DNA of 64,000 nt from Burkholderiales bacterium (GTDB taxonomy: Bacteria; Pseudomonadota; Gammaproteobacteria; Burkholderiales; Burkholderiaceae_C), in NCBI GenBank assembly GCA_031360885.1, contig JANMCC010000197.1, positions 1,026 to 65,025 of the forward strand. Reading direction: 5' to 3'. A program made the translations under genes and the position numbers. Positions 48,373 through 57,693 of this stretch are shown one piece after another; positions within the stretch are counted from its first letter, which is position 1; each line of letters starts with the position of its first letter. Below the pieces are notes generated by a model, which saw nothing but the letters and a program-made list of their open reading frames with translations, had not been told where the DNA came from and ran no database searches.

Positions 48373-49172
48373 GTGCAGCGTCCCCGGGGCGCGAGCTCGC
48401 GCGCCTGTCCTGGCACGGGCGCGAGATCGACCTCGAGTACCAATGGATCGGCTCGCCGCGCGCCGACGCGCCGCCGGTCGTGTTCCTGCACGAGGGCCTG
48501 GGCTCGATCTCGATGTGGAAGGACTTCCCGCGCGAGTTCTGCGCGGCGCACGGCCTCTCGGGCTTCGTCTTCTCGCGCTACGGCTACGGCAACTCGTCGC
48601 CGAAGCCGCGCGACGAGCGCTGGCCCGTCGATTTCATGCACCGCCAGGCGGACGAGGTGCTGCCTTCCCTGTTCGCTTCGGTCGGCATCGAGCGGCCGTG
48701 GCTGTTCGGGCACAGCGACGGCGGGTCGATCGCCTTGCTCCATGCCGCCCGCCACACGGTGGCCGGCGTGATCGCGGTGGCGCCGCACCTGTTCGTCGAA
48801 GAGATCTCGATCAGGAGCATCGAGCTGGCGCGCGAGGCGTACGAGTCGTCCGACCTGCGGGCCCGGCTCGCGCGCCACCACGCCGATCCCGATTCGGCGT
48901 TCCGCGGCTGGAACGACGCCTGGCTCTCGCCCGAGTTCCAGCGCTGGAACATCGAGCGCGACATCGAGACGATCGCCTGCCCGGTGCTCGCCGCGCAGGG
49001 CGTCGACGACGAGTACGGCACGCTCGAGCAGATCCGCGCCATCCGGCGCAAGCTGCCGCGGACCGAGCTGCTCGAGATCGCGGACTGCGGCCACTCGCCG
49101 CATCGCGACCAGCCGGGCGTGCTTTGCGCGGCGGCCGGCCGCTTCATCGCGGCGCATTCCGCGCCGGGCTGA
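48369..49172 (+). CDS. Alpha/beta hydrolase (box-cluster associated)
   Basis: FLHEGLGS, GHSDGG nucleophile elbow, DEYGT, CGHSPH; GTGA overlap. Confidence 0.9.
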   Translation: MSAASPGRELARLSWHGREIDLEYQWIGSPRADAPPVVFLHEGLGSISMWKDFPREFCAAHGLSGFVFSRYGYGNSSPKPRDERWPVDFMHRQADEVLPSLFASVGIERPWLFGHSDGGSIALLHAARHTVAGVIAVAPHLFVEEISIRSIELAREAYESSDLRARLARHHADPDSAFRGWNDAWLSPEFQRWNIERDIETIACPVLAAQGVDDEYGTLEQIRAIRRKLPRTELLEIADCGHSPHRDQPGVLCAAAGRFIAAHSAPG

Positions 49173-49178
49173 CCCGGG

Positions 49179-49835
49179 CTACTTCGCCGGCAGCGCCGCG
49201 CCGCTCAGCAGCACCACCCGCAGCGCCCGCGTCAGCTCGCGGCCGCGCAGGGTCGAGGAGCGGCGAAACCACTCGAGAAAGGTGCCGTCGTGGGTGGCGA
49301 GAACGATCGCCGCGAGCTCGCGCGCCGGCACGTCCTTGCGGATGCTGCCGATCTGCTGGCCGTCGGCGACCAGGCTCTCGATCAGCTTTCTCTGCTTGCG
49401 GTAGAGCGCGGCGATGAAATCGTTCACCTCGCCCGGACGCTCCTTGTATTCGAGCGACATCAGGATCAGGAGCAGCACCTCGTCGCGATGCGTGATGCCG
49501 AGGCCGGCCTGGTAGTGGATGTAGGCGACGAGACGGCGCAAGGGGTCGCCGCCCGCGGCGTCCACCGCCTCCAGGGCGCGATCGACGACGACGGCGCGCA
49601 CCCGCTTGAGCACCTCGAGAAGAACCGATTCCTTGCTGCCGAAGTAGAAGTACACCGCGCCCTTGGTGAGCCCCGCCGCGTTCGAGATCTGCTCGAGGTT
49701 GCTGGCGCGAAAGCCCTGCGAGACGAACAGGCGCAGCGCCGCCGAAAGCAGCAGCTCCATGCTCGCCTCCCGGCGCTCGACGTTCTGCTTGACCTGCCTC
49801 TTCTTCTTCGCCGGAACGGCGCGCGCTGTGCTCAT
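49179..49835 (-). CDS. TetR-family transcriptional regulator
   Basis: LSAALRLFVSQGF...AGLTKGAVYFYFGSKE. Confidence 0.93.
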   Translation of the reverse strand: MSTARAVPAKKKRQVKQNVERREASMELLLSAALRLFVSQGFRASNLEQISNAAGLTKGAVYFYFGSKESVLLEVLKRVRAVVVDRALEAVDAAGGDPLRRLVAYIHYQAGLGITHRDEVLLLILMSLEYKERPGEVNDFIAALYRKQRKLIESLVADGQQIGSIRKDVPARELAAIVLATHDGTFLEWFRRSSTLRGRELTRALRVVLLSGAALPAK

Positions 49836-49889
49836 CGTGCGGGCATGCTCGAAAGCGACGAGTCTAGGGCCTGGAGCCGCGACCGGCAA

Positions 49890-49934
49890 TTGACTGGCGT
49901 CGCCGATGCTGAGATACTATCCGGACAGTATGTT
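49890..49934 (+). promoter_or_regulatory. Sigma70-like promoter (TTGACT-N17-GATACT) overlapped by a 23-bp candidate TetR operator
   Basis: AGATACTATCCGGACAGTATGTT at 49912-49934, near-perfect palindrome core. Confidence 0.75.
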
Positions 49935-49952
49935 GCAAGAAAGAGGTCCCGG

Positions 49953-50693
49953 ATGAGCAATCTGTCGGCCACGGCCACGCCCCCCGCCACGGTCTGGAAA
50001 CAGGGCGATCCCGCCATGCCGGCGGAGTTTCGCGACATGCTCGTGCACCTCCTGCGCGACGAGCATCTCGAGAACAACGACAACCCCGAGTACCGCAAGA
50101 TCCTCGGCAACATCGCCAGCGCGGGCCTGCGCTTCGCACCGCACTCGCGGGCGATGGAGATCGAGGCGGAGATCGTGCGCCAGGAAGTCGAGCACGGCCG
50201 GATCGTCGCCGAGCTGCTGGCCGGCCTGGGCGCCGTGCCGATCGGCACGGCGCCGATCAAGCAGTACGCCTTTCACATTCCGCTCGAGGACTGGATCGAC
50301 CTCGCCTGGTTCCATGCCCTGATCGACCGGGTGGGCCTGTACGTCGGCGTCGAATGGACAGGCAGCCCCTACGAGCCGCTCGCGAAGGTCTCGCCGCAGC
50401 TCGAGGCCGACGAGGAATTCCACACCCGGTCGGGCTTTCGCCACCTGAAGGAGATCTGCGCCACGCCCGAAGGCAAGGCGGCGGCGCAGGAGCGGCTGGT
50501 CAAGTGGTGGCCGGCCGCGCTCGACATGTTCGGCCGGTCGACCTCGAAGAACTCGCCGATCTACGTGAAGTGGGGCATCAAGCAGCACAGCAACGAGGAG
50601 CTGCGGCGGAAGTACATCGCCGAGGCGATTCCCGAGGTGATCAAGCTCGGCCTGACCGTGCCCGACAACCTGGCCAACCGCCGCTTCCTCTAG
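49953..50693 (+). CDS. Ferritin-like di-iron protein, PaaA/BoxB-related (putative aryl-CoA oxygenase)
   Basis: QEVEHG and DEEFH iron-ligand motifs; AAAQERLVKWWPAALDMFG, WGIKQHSNEELRRKY and LGLTVPD resemble PaaA; only 246 aa. Confidence 0.82.
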   Translation: MSNLSATATPPATVWKQGDPAMPAEFRDMLVHLLRDEHLENNDNPEYRKILGNIASAGLRFAPHSRAMEIEAEIVRQEVEHGRIVAELLAGLGAVPIGTAPIKQYAFHIPLEDWIDLAWFHALIDRVGLYVGVEWTGSPYEPLAKVSPQLEADEEFHTRSGFRHLKEICATPEGKAAAQERLVKWWPAALDMFGRSTSKNSPIYVKWGIKQHSNEELRRKYIAEAIPEVIKLGLTVPDNLANRRFL

Positions 50694-50703
50694 GAGAGCC
50701 TGC

Positions 50704-51525
50704 ATGGCGATCGACCATTCCATGGAGGCCGCCGCCACGGCCTACGAGTTCCTGATCCTGAGCGACCCGGCGCCGGTCCGCACGCTGACGCTGAACCGCC
50801 CCGACGCGCTCAACGCCTGGAACCAGCAGATGCGCGACGAGATGCGCGACGCGGTCGCCACGCTGGTCGCCGACGACGCCTTGCGCGTGCTCGTCGTCAC
50901 CGGCACCGGCCGCGCCTTCTCGGCCGGGGAGGACGTGCGCGGCATGAAGGGCCTGGCCGAGATCGGCACGCGCGGCTTCCGGCGCGTGGTCCGCGCGGTG
51001 CACAACGTGTTCGACGAGATCGAGGCGATGGAAGTGCCCGTGATCGCGGCGATCAACGGCGTTGCCGCCGGCGGCGGCCTCGAGCTCGCGCTCTCGTGCG
51101 ATTTCCGCTTCGCGGCGAACACCGCACGACTCGGCTTTCCCGAGAACAACGTCGGCCTGATCCCCGGCTCGGGCGGCTGCTCGCGGCTGGTGAAGCTGGT
51201 CGGCCTGGCGCACGCCAAGCGGCTCGTGATGACCGGCGAGATGGTCGGCGCGGAACGCGCCCTCGCGCTCGGCCTGGTCGAGGAGCTGCACCCCGCGGAG
51301 GAACTGTTGCCGAAGGCGATGGCCTTCGCCGATCTGCTCGCGACCAAGGCGCCGCTGGCGATCGGCATCGGCAAGCTGGTGCTCAACAAGTGCCTCGACG
51401 TCGACCTCGACACCGGCCGCAACTTCGAGCGGCTCGGCCAGAGCATCCTCAAGCGCAGCAGCGACCACGAGGAAGGGGCGCGCGCCTTCATCGAAAAGCG
51501 CAAGCCGCAGTTCACCGGGCGCTAG
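50704..51525 (+). CDS. Enoyl-CoA hydratase/isomerase family protein
   Basis: LNRPDALNA, AFSAGED, GGGLELALSCD, PENNVGLIPG. Confidence 0.93.
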   Translation: MAIDHSMEAAATAYEFLILSDPAPVRTLTLNRPDALNAWNQQMRDEMRDAVATLVADDALRVLVVTGTGRAFSAGEDVRGMKGLAEIGTRGFRRVVRAVHNVFDEIEAMEVPVIAAINGVAAGGGLELALSCDFRFAANTARLGFPENNVGLIPGSGGCSRLVKLVGLAHAKRLVMTGEMVGAERALALGLVEELHPAEELLPKAMAFADLLATKAPLAIGIGKLVLNKCLDVDLDTGRNFERLGQSILKRSSDHEEGARAFIEKRKPQFTGR

Positions 51526-51538
51526 GCGAAGGCAAGCC

Positions 51539-51931
51539 ATGGTTGACTGGGTCCGCGTTGCCGCCCTCGACGATGTCTGGAGCGATGTCGTCGTGCCGGC
51601 CCGGGCCGGCACGATCGCGCTGGTGCTCGTGCGCAGCGGCGAGGGCAGCGACGCCGACCGCGTCTGCGCCTACCGCGACGCCTGCCCGCACGAGAAGTTT
51701 CCGCTCAGCGAATGGGGCCAGATCGAGAGCGGCGTGCTGGTCTGCCAGCGGCACTTCTGGGAGTTCGAAGTCGACACCGGCAAGCACATCACCCGCATCG
51801 CGCGGCCGAACTGCGACCTGACGCCTTTCGCCGTGAAGCTCGAAGGCGACGGGGTGTGGGTCGACGTCGACTCGGCGCCCGTCGAGACGCCGCCCGCCCC
51901 GCCCACCGGCGGCCCCACGCCCGCGCTCTAG
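51539..51931 (+). CDS. Rieske [2Fe-2S] ferredoxin
   Basis: CPH...CQRH motif, about 130 aa, no catalytic domain. Confidence 0.88.
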   Translation: MVDWVRVAALDDVWSDVVVPARAGTIALVLVRSGEGSDADRVCAYRDACPHEKFPLSEWGQIESGVLVCQRHFWEFEVDTGKHITRIARPNCDLTPFAVKLEGDGVWVDVDSAPVETPPAPPTGGPTPAL

Positions 51932-51961
51932 CCGGCGCGGCCGTCCTTCAACGCGAGCGGC

Positions 51962-52165
51962 TCATCGAGCCGGCACCGACCGCGCCGGCTCGTCCATCTC
52001 GGCGCGCAGCGAGACCGGCTCGCCCAGGTTCCACAGCGCCCAGTGCAGCTCCATGTCGGCGCTGCGGGCGATGGTCTCGATCTGCGGGCTGTCGCAGCCG
52101 GCGATGACGCGGCCGACCTCGGCGCGGGCCCGCGTCAGCGCGGCGATCTGTTCGTCTCGGGTCAT
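51962..52165 (-). CDS. Small hypothetical protein (67 aa)
   Basis: GAGG RBS, GC3-rich codons, 24 bp downstream of the PaaK-like gene. Confidence 0.65.
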   Translation of the reverse strand: MTRDEQIAALTRARAEVGRVIAGCDSPQIETIARSADMELHWALWNLGEPVSLRAEMDEPARSVPAR

Positions 52166-52189
52166 GCAGACACCTCGGGCAGGCGGGGT

Positions 52190-53587
52190 TCAACGGTCGA
52201 GCGCACGGCGAAACTCCTTCGGCCGCTGGTCGATCATGCGCTTGGTCTTGAGCTCGAAACGCGGCAGCGAATTGCACGGCACCGGCTGGCACTCGAGACG
52301 CACATGCAGCGCACGGTGGATGCGGGCGCCGGCTTCGGCCGCGGCCTTCTGTACCGCTTCGGCGTCGTTGCCGATCGCCGCCTCGGGCTCGAAGCGGATC
52401 GTCATCACGTCGTTGTCGTCGCTGCGCGTCAGCACCAGCTCGTAGTGCATGCTGATGCCCGGCACCCCGGCGAGGATGTTCTCGACCGCGCTCTGGTAGA
52501 CGTTGGTGCCGCGCACCGTGACCATGAAGTCGGTGCGGCCGAGCACCGCGCCTTCGAGCTTGGCCCAGGTGCGGCCGCACGAGCAGCCGTCGACCCGGCG
52601 AACCAGGTCGTGGGTGCGGTAGTTGATGAGCGGCTGCGCCGTGTTGGCGTAGCCGGTGAGGACGTTCTCGCCGATCTCGCCGGCGGCGACTTCCTTCCTC
52701 GTTTCGGGATCCATCGACCACGAGTGCAGGTTCATCTCGTTCATGTGCACGCCGTCGCCATTCGGGCAGCCGGGCGCGATCGCGTCGACCTCGGCGATGC
52801 CGAGCAACTCGCCGGCCTTCGCGCCCCAGGCCTTCTCGATCTGCTCGCGCATGCCGGGCAGCGCGGTCGGGCCGGGCTCGCCCGCGTGATAGGTGAACTT
52901 CACCGACGACTGCGAGAGGTCGACGCCCATCTCGGCGGCGACCGCGGCGATGCGCAGCGCGAACGTGGGGGTCGAGATCAGGACCGTCGGCCGGGTGCGC
53001 AGGATCGCCTGCACGTGGCCCTTGGTGTCGAGCCCGCCGCCCGAGACCACCCGGCAGCCGAGCCGCCGCGCGCCCCAGTAGGCGCTCCAGAAGCCGGCGA
53101 AATTGCCCCAGCCGAAGGCGAAGTAGAAGCTGTCGACGGGGCGGATGCCGAGGCCCCAGAAGCCGTAGCACCAGGACTCGCCGTAGCGCACGCTGTCGGC
53201 CATCGAGTACGGGATGGAAAGCGGCACGCCGGTCGTGCCCGAGGTTTCGGCGTGGTGCGAGATCCACTCCATCGGCAGCGCCAGCGTGTCGCCGTACGGC
53301 GGTCGCTCCTGCTGCAGGCCGATGAACTCGCTCTTGTCGGTGATGGGCACCCGGGTCTTGAGGTCCTCGAGCGAGCGCACGTCGCGCGGGTGCACGCCCG
53401 CGGCGTCGAACTTCCTGCGGTAGAACGCGCTCGACTCGTAGGCGTGGTGCAGCAGCGCCTGAACGCGGGCGAGGTGCAGACGGTCGAGCCCGGCGCGCGG
53501 CATCGTCTCGGTGGCCCGGTTCCAGAACGGCGTGTCCCAGGCGGTGGGCGCCGGCATGCGGACGGGAGGGGTCAAGATCGTCTCCAA
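52190..53587 (-). CDS. Phenylacetate-CoA ligase (PaaK)-family protein
   Basis: ETSGTTG, PLINYRTHD, GRTDFMVTVRGTNVY, LPRFELKTKRMIDQR; start TTG 53587 or ATG 53557. Confidence 0.88.
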   Translation of the reverse strand: METILTPPVRMPAPTAWDTPFWNRATETMPRAGLDRLHLARVQALLHHAYESSAFYRRKFDAAGVHPRDVRSLEDLKTRVPITDKSEFIGLQQERPPYGDTLALPMEWISHHAETSGTTGVPLSIPYSMADSVRYGESWCYGFWGLGIRPVDSFYFAFGWGNFAGFWSAYWGARRLGCRVVSGGGLDTKGHVQAILRTRPTVLISTPTFALRIAAVAAEMGVDLSQSSVKFTYHAGEPGPTALPGMREQIEKAWGAKAGELLGIAEVDAIAPGCPNGDGVHMNEMNLHSWSMDPETRKEVAAGEIGENVLTGYANTAQPLINYRTHDLVRRVDGCSCGRTWAKLEGAVLGRTDFMVTVRGTNVYQSAVENILAGVPGISMHYELVLTRSDDNDVMTIRFEPEAAIGNDAEAVQKAAAEAGARIHRALHVRLECQPVPCNSLPRFELKTKRMIDQRPKEFRRALDR

Positions 53588-53617
53588 TGCAGCGCCCCGC
53601 GGCCGGGGCGCGTTGAT

Positions 53618-53660
53618 AACATACTGTCCGGATAGTATCTTCTGGAATGCGGCCGTGCAA
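53618..53660 (-). promoter_or_regulatory. Second copy of the 23-bp candidate TetR operator overlapping a TTGCAC-N17-TACTAT promoter
   Basis: 53618-53640 is the exact reverse complement of 49912-49934. Confidence 0.75.
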
Positions 53661-53829
53661 GCGTCGTCTCCGGGAGACTACGGAACGCTCACTCTCCGGG
53701 GTGGGCATGCCCTTGGCTTCCGAGAAAACCCGCTTGTCCAGCCCGGTGGATAGCGCACACTTCCCGGTTGTCCCCACCGGCTCGCTGCGCAGCGCCGCCG
53801 ATTCCGTTTACCCGCACAGGAGCTTCCCG

Positions 53830-54996
53830 ATGCGTCCCCAGATTCCAGTTCGCGCGGCCGCCGCCGCGCTCGCCCTCGCCTTCGGCGGATCCGCGTTCGC
53901 GCAGGGCGCGCCCCTCAAGGTGGGCCTCATGCTGCCCTACTCGGGCACCTACGCGGCGATCGGCACGGCGATCGAGAACGGCTTCAAGCTCTACGTGCAG
54001 GAACAGGGCGGCAAGCTTGGCGGCCGCGAGATCCAGTACTTCAAGGTCGACGACGAGTCGGAGCCCTCCAAGGCCACCGACAACGTCAACAAGCTGATCA
54101 AGCGCGACAACGTCGACGTCCTGGTCGGCTCGGTCCACTCCGGCGTCGCGCTGGCGATGGCCAAGGCGGCCAAGGACAACAACACCCTGCTGGTCATTCC
54201 CAACGCGGGCGCCGACGCGATCACCGGCGCGATGTGCTCCGCCAACATCGTGCGCAGCTCGTTCTCGAACTGGCAGCCGGGCTACGCGATGGGCGTGGTC
54301 GCGGCGCAGAAGGGCGTGAAGCGGGCGATGACGATCACCTGGAACTACGCCGCCGGCGCCGAGTCGACCAAGGGCTTCACCGAAGGACTGGAAAAGGGCG
54401 GCGGCAAGGTCATCAAGGACCTGAACCTGCCGTTCCCGGGCGTCGAGTTCCAGGCGCTGCTCACCGAGATCGCGGCGCAGAAGCCCGACGCGGTCTACGC
54501 CTTCTTCGCCGGCGGCGGCGCGGTCAAGTTCGTCAAGGACTACGCCGCGGCCGGGCTCAACAAGACGATTCCCCTGTACGGCCCGGGCTTCCTGACCGAC
54601 GGCACGCTCGAGGCGCAGGGCGCCTCGGCGCAGAACATGCTGACGACGCTGCACTACGCCGACGACCTGAACACACCGAAGAACAACGCCTTCCGCAAGG
54701 CCTACGCGCTGGCCTACAAGGCGCAGCCCGATGTCTACGCGGTGCAGGGCTACGACGCGGCGCAGATCCTCGGCGCCGGCCTGAAGGCGGCGGGCGGCGA
54801 CCTCGGCAAGCGCGACGTGCTCGCCACCGCGATGCACAAGACCGTGGTCGACAGCCCGCGCGGCAAGTTCACGATCTCGGCCGCGGGCAACCCGGTGCAG
54901 GACATCTACCTGCGCGAGGTCAAGGGCAACAACAACGAGTTCCGCAGCATCGCCGTCAAGTCGCTGTCGGACCCGGCGAGAGGCTGCAAGCTCTGA
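53830..54996 (+). CDS. ABC transporter substrate-binding protein (probable benzoate/aromatic acid)
   Basis: Signal peptide, LKVGLMLPYSGTY, RSSFSNWQ, NPVQDIYLR; box-cluster context. Confidence 0.92.
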   Translation: MRPQIPVRAAAAALALAFGGSAFAQGAPLKVGLMLPYSGTYAAIGTAIENGFKLYVQEQGGKLGGREIQYFKVDDESEPSKATDNVNKLIKRDNVDVLVGSVHSGVALAMAKAAKDNNTLLVIPNAGADAITGAMCSANIVRSSFSNWQPGYAMGVVAAQKGVKRAMTITWNYAAGAESTKGFTEGLEKGGGKVIKDLNLPFPGVEFQALLTEIAAQKPDAVYAFFAGGGAVKFVKDYAAAGLNKTIPLYGPGFLTDGTLEAQGASAQNMLTTLHYADDLNTPKNNAFRKAYALAYKAQPDVYAVQGYDAAQILGAGLKAAGGDLGKRDVLATAMHKTVVDSPRGKFTISAAGNPVQDIYLREVKGNNNEFRSIAVKSLSDPARGCKL

Positions 54997-55018
54997 AGCG
55001 GTGCGCTGAGGTGGCCTG

Positions 55019-55891
55019 ATGGATCTCGCCACCTTTCTCGTCCAGTGCCTCAACGCCGTCCAGTACGGCCTGCTGCTCTTTCTCGTCGCCAGCGGCCTGA
55101 CGCTGATCTTCGGAATCATGGGCGTGATCAACCTCGCCCACGGCAGCTTCTACATGCTGGGCGCGTACCTCGCTTTCGCGCTCGCACCGTTCTTCGGCGA
55201 CTGGTTCTTCAGCCGACTCGCGGTCGGCATCGTGCTGGCCGTCGTGTTCGGCTACCTGCTCGAGTGGGCGTTCTTCAGCTTCCTCTACGAGCGCGACCAC
55301 CTGCAGCAGGTGCTGATGACCTATGCGCTGATCCTCGTCTTCGAGGAGCTGCGCTCGATCCTCGTCGGCAACGACGTGCACGGCGTCGCCGCGCCGGCGT
55401 GGCTGGGAGGGAGCTTTCGCCTCGGCGAGCTGATGTCGTATCCCTGGTACCGCGTGTTCTCGTCGGTGGCCTGCGTGGTCGTCGCGCTCGGCCTCTATGC
55501 GGTGGTGAACAAGACGAGGCTGGGAATGATGATCCGCGCCGGCGCGAGCAACCGCGACATGGTGCGCGGCCTCGGCGTCGACATCCGCCTGCTCTACCGC
55601 ATCGTCTTCACCGGCGGCGTGGCGCTCGCCGCGCTCGCCGGGATGATCGCGGCACCGCTGTCGTCGGTCTATCCGGGCATGGGCTCGAGCGTGCTCATCA
55701 TCTGCTTCGTCGTCGTCGTGATCGGCGGCATCGGCTCGATCACCGGCGCGCTGATCGCCTCGCTGCTGGTCGGCATCGTCGACACCTTCGGCAAGGTGTT
55801 CTTCGCCGAATGGAGCGGCGTCGGCGTCTACCTGCTGATGGCGATCGTGCTGATCTGGCGGCCCGAGGGGCTGATGAAGCGTGGCTACTGA
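55019..55891 (+). CDS. ABC transporter permease (LivH-like)
   Basis: GLTLIFGIMGVINLAHGSFYM. Confidence 0.93.
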   Translation: MDLATFLVQCLNAVQYGLLLFLVASGLTLIFGIMGVINLAHGSFYMLGAYLAFALAPFFGDWFFSRLAVGIVLAVVFGYLLEWAFFSFLYERDHLQQVLMTYALILVFEELRSILVGNDVHGVAAPAWLGGSFRLGELMSYPWYRVFSSVACVVVALGLYAVVNKTRLGMMIRAGASNRDMVRGLGVDIRLLYRIVFTGGVALAALAGMIAAPLSSVYPGMGSSVLIICFVVVVIGGIGSITGALIASLLVGIVDTFGKVFFAEWSGVGVYLLMAIVLIWRPEGLMKRGY

Positions 55892-56921
55892 GGCGACGCC
55901 GCTCGAGGGCACCGGCCCGGCGGCCGAGGTCGGCGCGATGCCCGACATCGCCCGCCGCGAGCCGGGCGGCTGGCTCGTGCCGGCGGCGGCGCTGCTGCTG
56001 CTCGCCGCCTTGCCGGCGCTGGTGTCGCCGTATGCGCAGGACCTCGTGGTGCGGATCGCGATCTACGCGATCTTCGCCCTCAGCCTCGAGCTGATCGTCG
56101 GCGGCGCGGGGCTGGTGAGCCTCGGCCATGCCGCCTTCCTCGGCATCGGCGCCTACGCGGTCGTGCTCGGCTCGGGCGACGCGGGCGCGCCCCTGCTCGT
56201 GCTGCTGGCGCTGGCGATCGGTGGCGCGGCGCTCTACGCGCTGTTCGTCGGCGCGCTCAGCCTGCGCACCCGCGGCGTCTACTTCATCATGGTGACGCTG
56301 GCGTTCGCGCAGATGGCCTACTTCGTCGTCCACGACACCAAGGCGGGCGGCGGCAGCGACGGCATCTTCCTCTCCGTCAAGCCCGTGCTCGGCGTCGCCG
56401 GCAAGACCCTGCTCGATCTCGGCGAGCGCCTGCCGCTCTACTACAGCGCGATCGCCGCGCTCGCCGCCACCTATGGCCTGCTCGCCCTGCTGCTCGGCTC
56501 GCGCTTCGGCCATGCGCTCGCCGGCATCCGCGTGAGCGAGCAGCGGATGCGCGCCGCCGGCTTCTCCACCTATCCGTACAAGCTGGCGGCCTTCGTCATC
56601 GCCGGCGCGCTCGCCGGCCTGGCGGGCGCACTGCTCGCGATCAAGGACGGCGCGGTCAACCCGGAGCTGCTCGCCTGGCACGAGTCGGGCGCGGTGCTGC
56701 TGATGATCATCCTCGGCGGCATCGGCAGCCTGCGCGGCGCGGTCCTCGGCGCCGTCGCGTTCACGCTGCTCAAGGAGCTGGTGCAGGCCGAGGCGCTGTT
56801 CGGCCCGCTCGCCTCGCACTGGCAGCTCACGCTCGGCCTGGCGATCATCGCCTTCGTCGCCCTGCTGCCCAAGGGCCTGATCGGACTCGGCGCGCTGCTG
56901 CGCAGCAAGGCGCATGGCTGA
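55881..56921 (+). CDS. ABC transporter permease (LivM-like)
   Basis: GLVSLGHAAF, GVYFIMVTLAFAQM, GGSDG. Confidence 0.92.
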   Translation: MATEATPLEGTGPAAEVGAMPDIARREPGGWLVPAAALLLLAALPALVSPYAQDLVVRIAIYAIFALSLELIVGGAGLVSLGHAAFLGIGAYAVVLGSGDAGAPLLVLLALAIGGAALYALFVGALSLRTRGVYFIMVTLAFAQMAYFVVHDTKAGGGSDGIFLSVKPVLGVAGKTLLDLGERLPLYYSAIAALAATYGLLALLLGSRFGHALAGIRVSEQRMRAAGFSTYPYKLAAFVIAGALAGLAGALLAIKDGAVNPELLAWHESGAVLLMIILGGIGSLRGAVLGAVAFTLLKELVQAEALFGPLASHWQLTLGLAIIAFVALLPKGLIGLGALLRSKAHG

Positions 56922-57666
56922 GCCCGCGCTGCTCCGCGCCGCAGGCCTGGGCCGGCGCTTCGGCGGCCTGGCCGCGGTCGACCAGGTCTCGATCGACCTG
57001 CACGTCGGCGAGATCCACGCCGTGATCGGCACCAACGGCGCCGGCAAGTCGACGCTGGTCAACATGCTCTCCGGCGAGCTCGCGCCGAGTGCCGGCAGCG
57101 TGACCTTCCGCGGCCACGACGTCACGCGCTGGGCGCAGCCGCGGCGCGCCCGCGCGGGGCTGGGCCGCAGCTACCAGCGCACGACCATCTTCAACGAGTT
57201 CAGCGTGCTCGAGAACTGCCGCCTGGCGGCGCAGGCGCGGGCGCCGCGGCCCTGGACCTTCTGGCAGCGCGCCAGCCGCGACGGCGCGAGCCTCGCCGCC
57301 GCGAAGGAAGCGCTCGAGGCGGCCGGGCTCGCCGCCTTCGCGGCGCGCACCGCCGGCACGCTCAGCCACGGCGCCAAGCGCCAGCTCGAGATCGCGATGT
57401 GCCTGGCGACGGCGCCGCGCGCGCTGCTGCTCGACGAGCCGCTCGCCGGCATGGGCGGCGAGGAGAGCGGCCGCATGCTGGCGCTGCTCACCGCGCTCAA
57501 GCCCGGGCACGCGATCCTGCTGGTGGAGCACGACATGGACGCGGTGTTCCGCGTCGCCGACCGGATCACGGTGATGGTCAACGGCCGCGTCATCGCCAGC
57601 GACGTGCCGGAGAAGATCCGCACCGACCCGGCTGTGCGCGAGGCCTATCTCGGCGACGAGCACTAG
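56914..57666 (+). CDS. ABC transporter ATP-binding protein (LivG-like)
   Basis: GTNGAGKST, LSHGAKR, LLLDEP, VEHDM. Confidence 0.95.
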   Translation: MAEPALLRAAGLGRRFGGLAAVDQVSIDLHVGEIHAVIGTNGAGKSTLVNMLSGELAPSAGSVTFRGHDVTRWAQPRRARAGLGRSYQRTTIFNEFSVLENCRLAAQARAPRPWTFWQRASRDGASLAAAKEALEAAGLAAFAARTAGTLSHGAKRQLEIAMCLATAPRALLLDEPLAGMGGEESGRMLALLTALKPGHAILLVEHDMDAVFRVADRITVMVNGRVIASDVPEKIRTDPAVREAYLGDEH

Positions 57667-57693
57667 TCCACTGAACCCGATGAATTGCTAGGC

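Noticed and set aside
49912-53640. 23-bp inverted repeats as transposon ends or invertase sites
   Set aside because: No recombinase nearby; the sites are internally palindromic and overlap -10 elements next to a TetR gene, which fits operators better.
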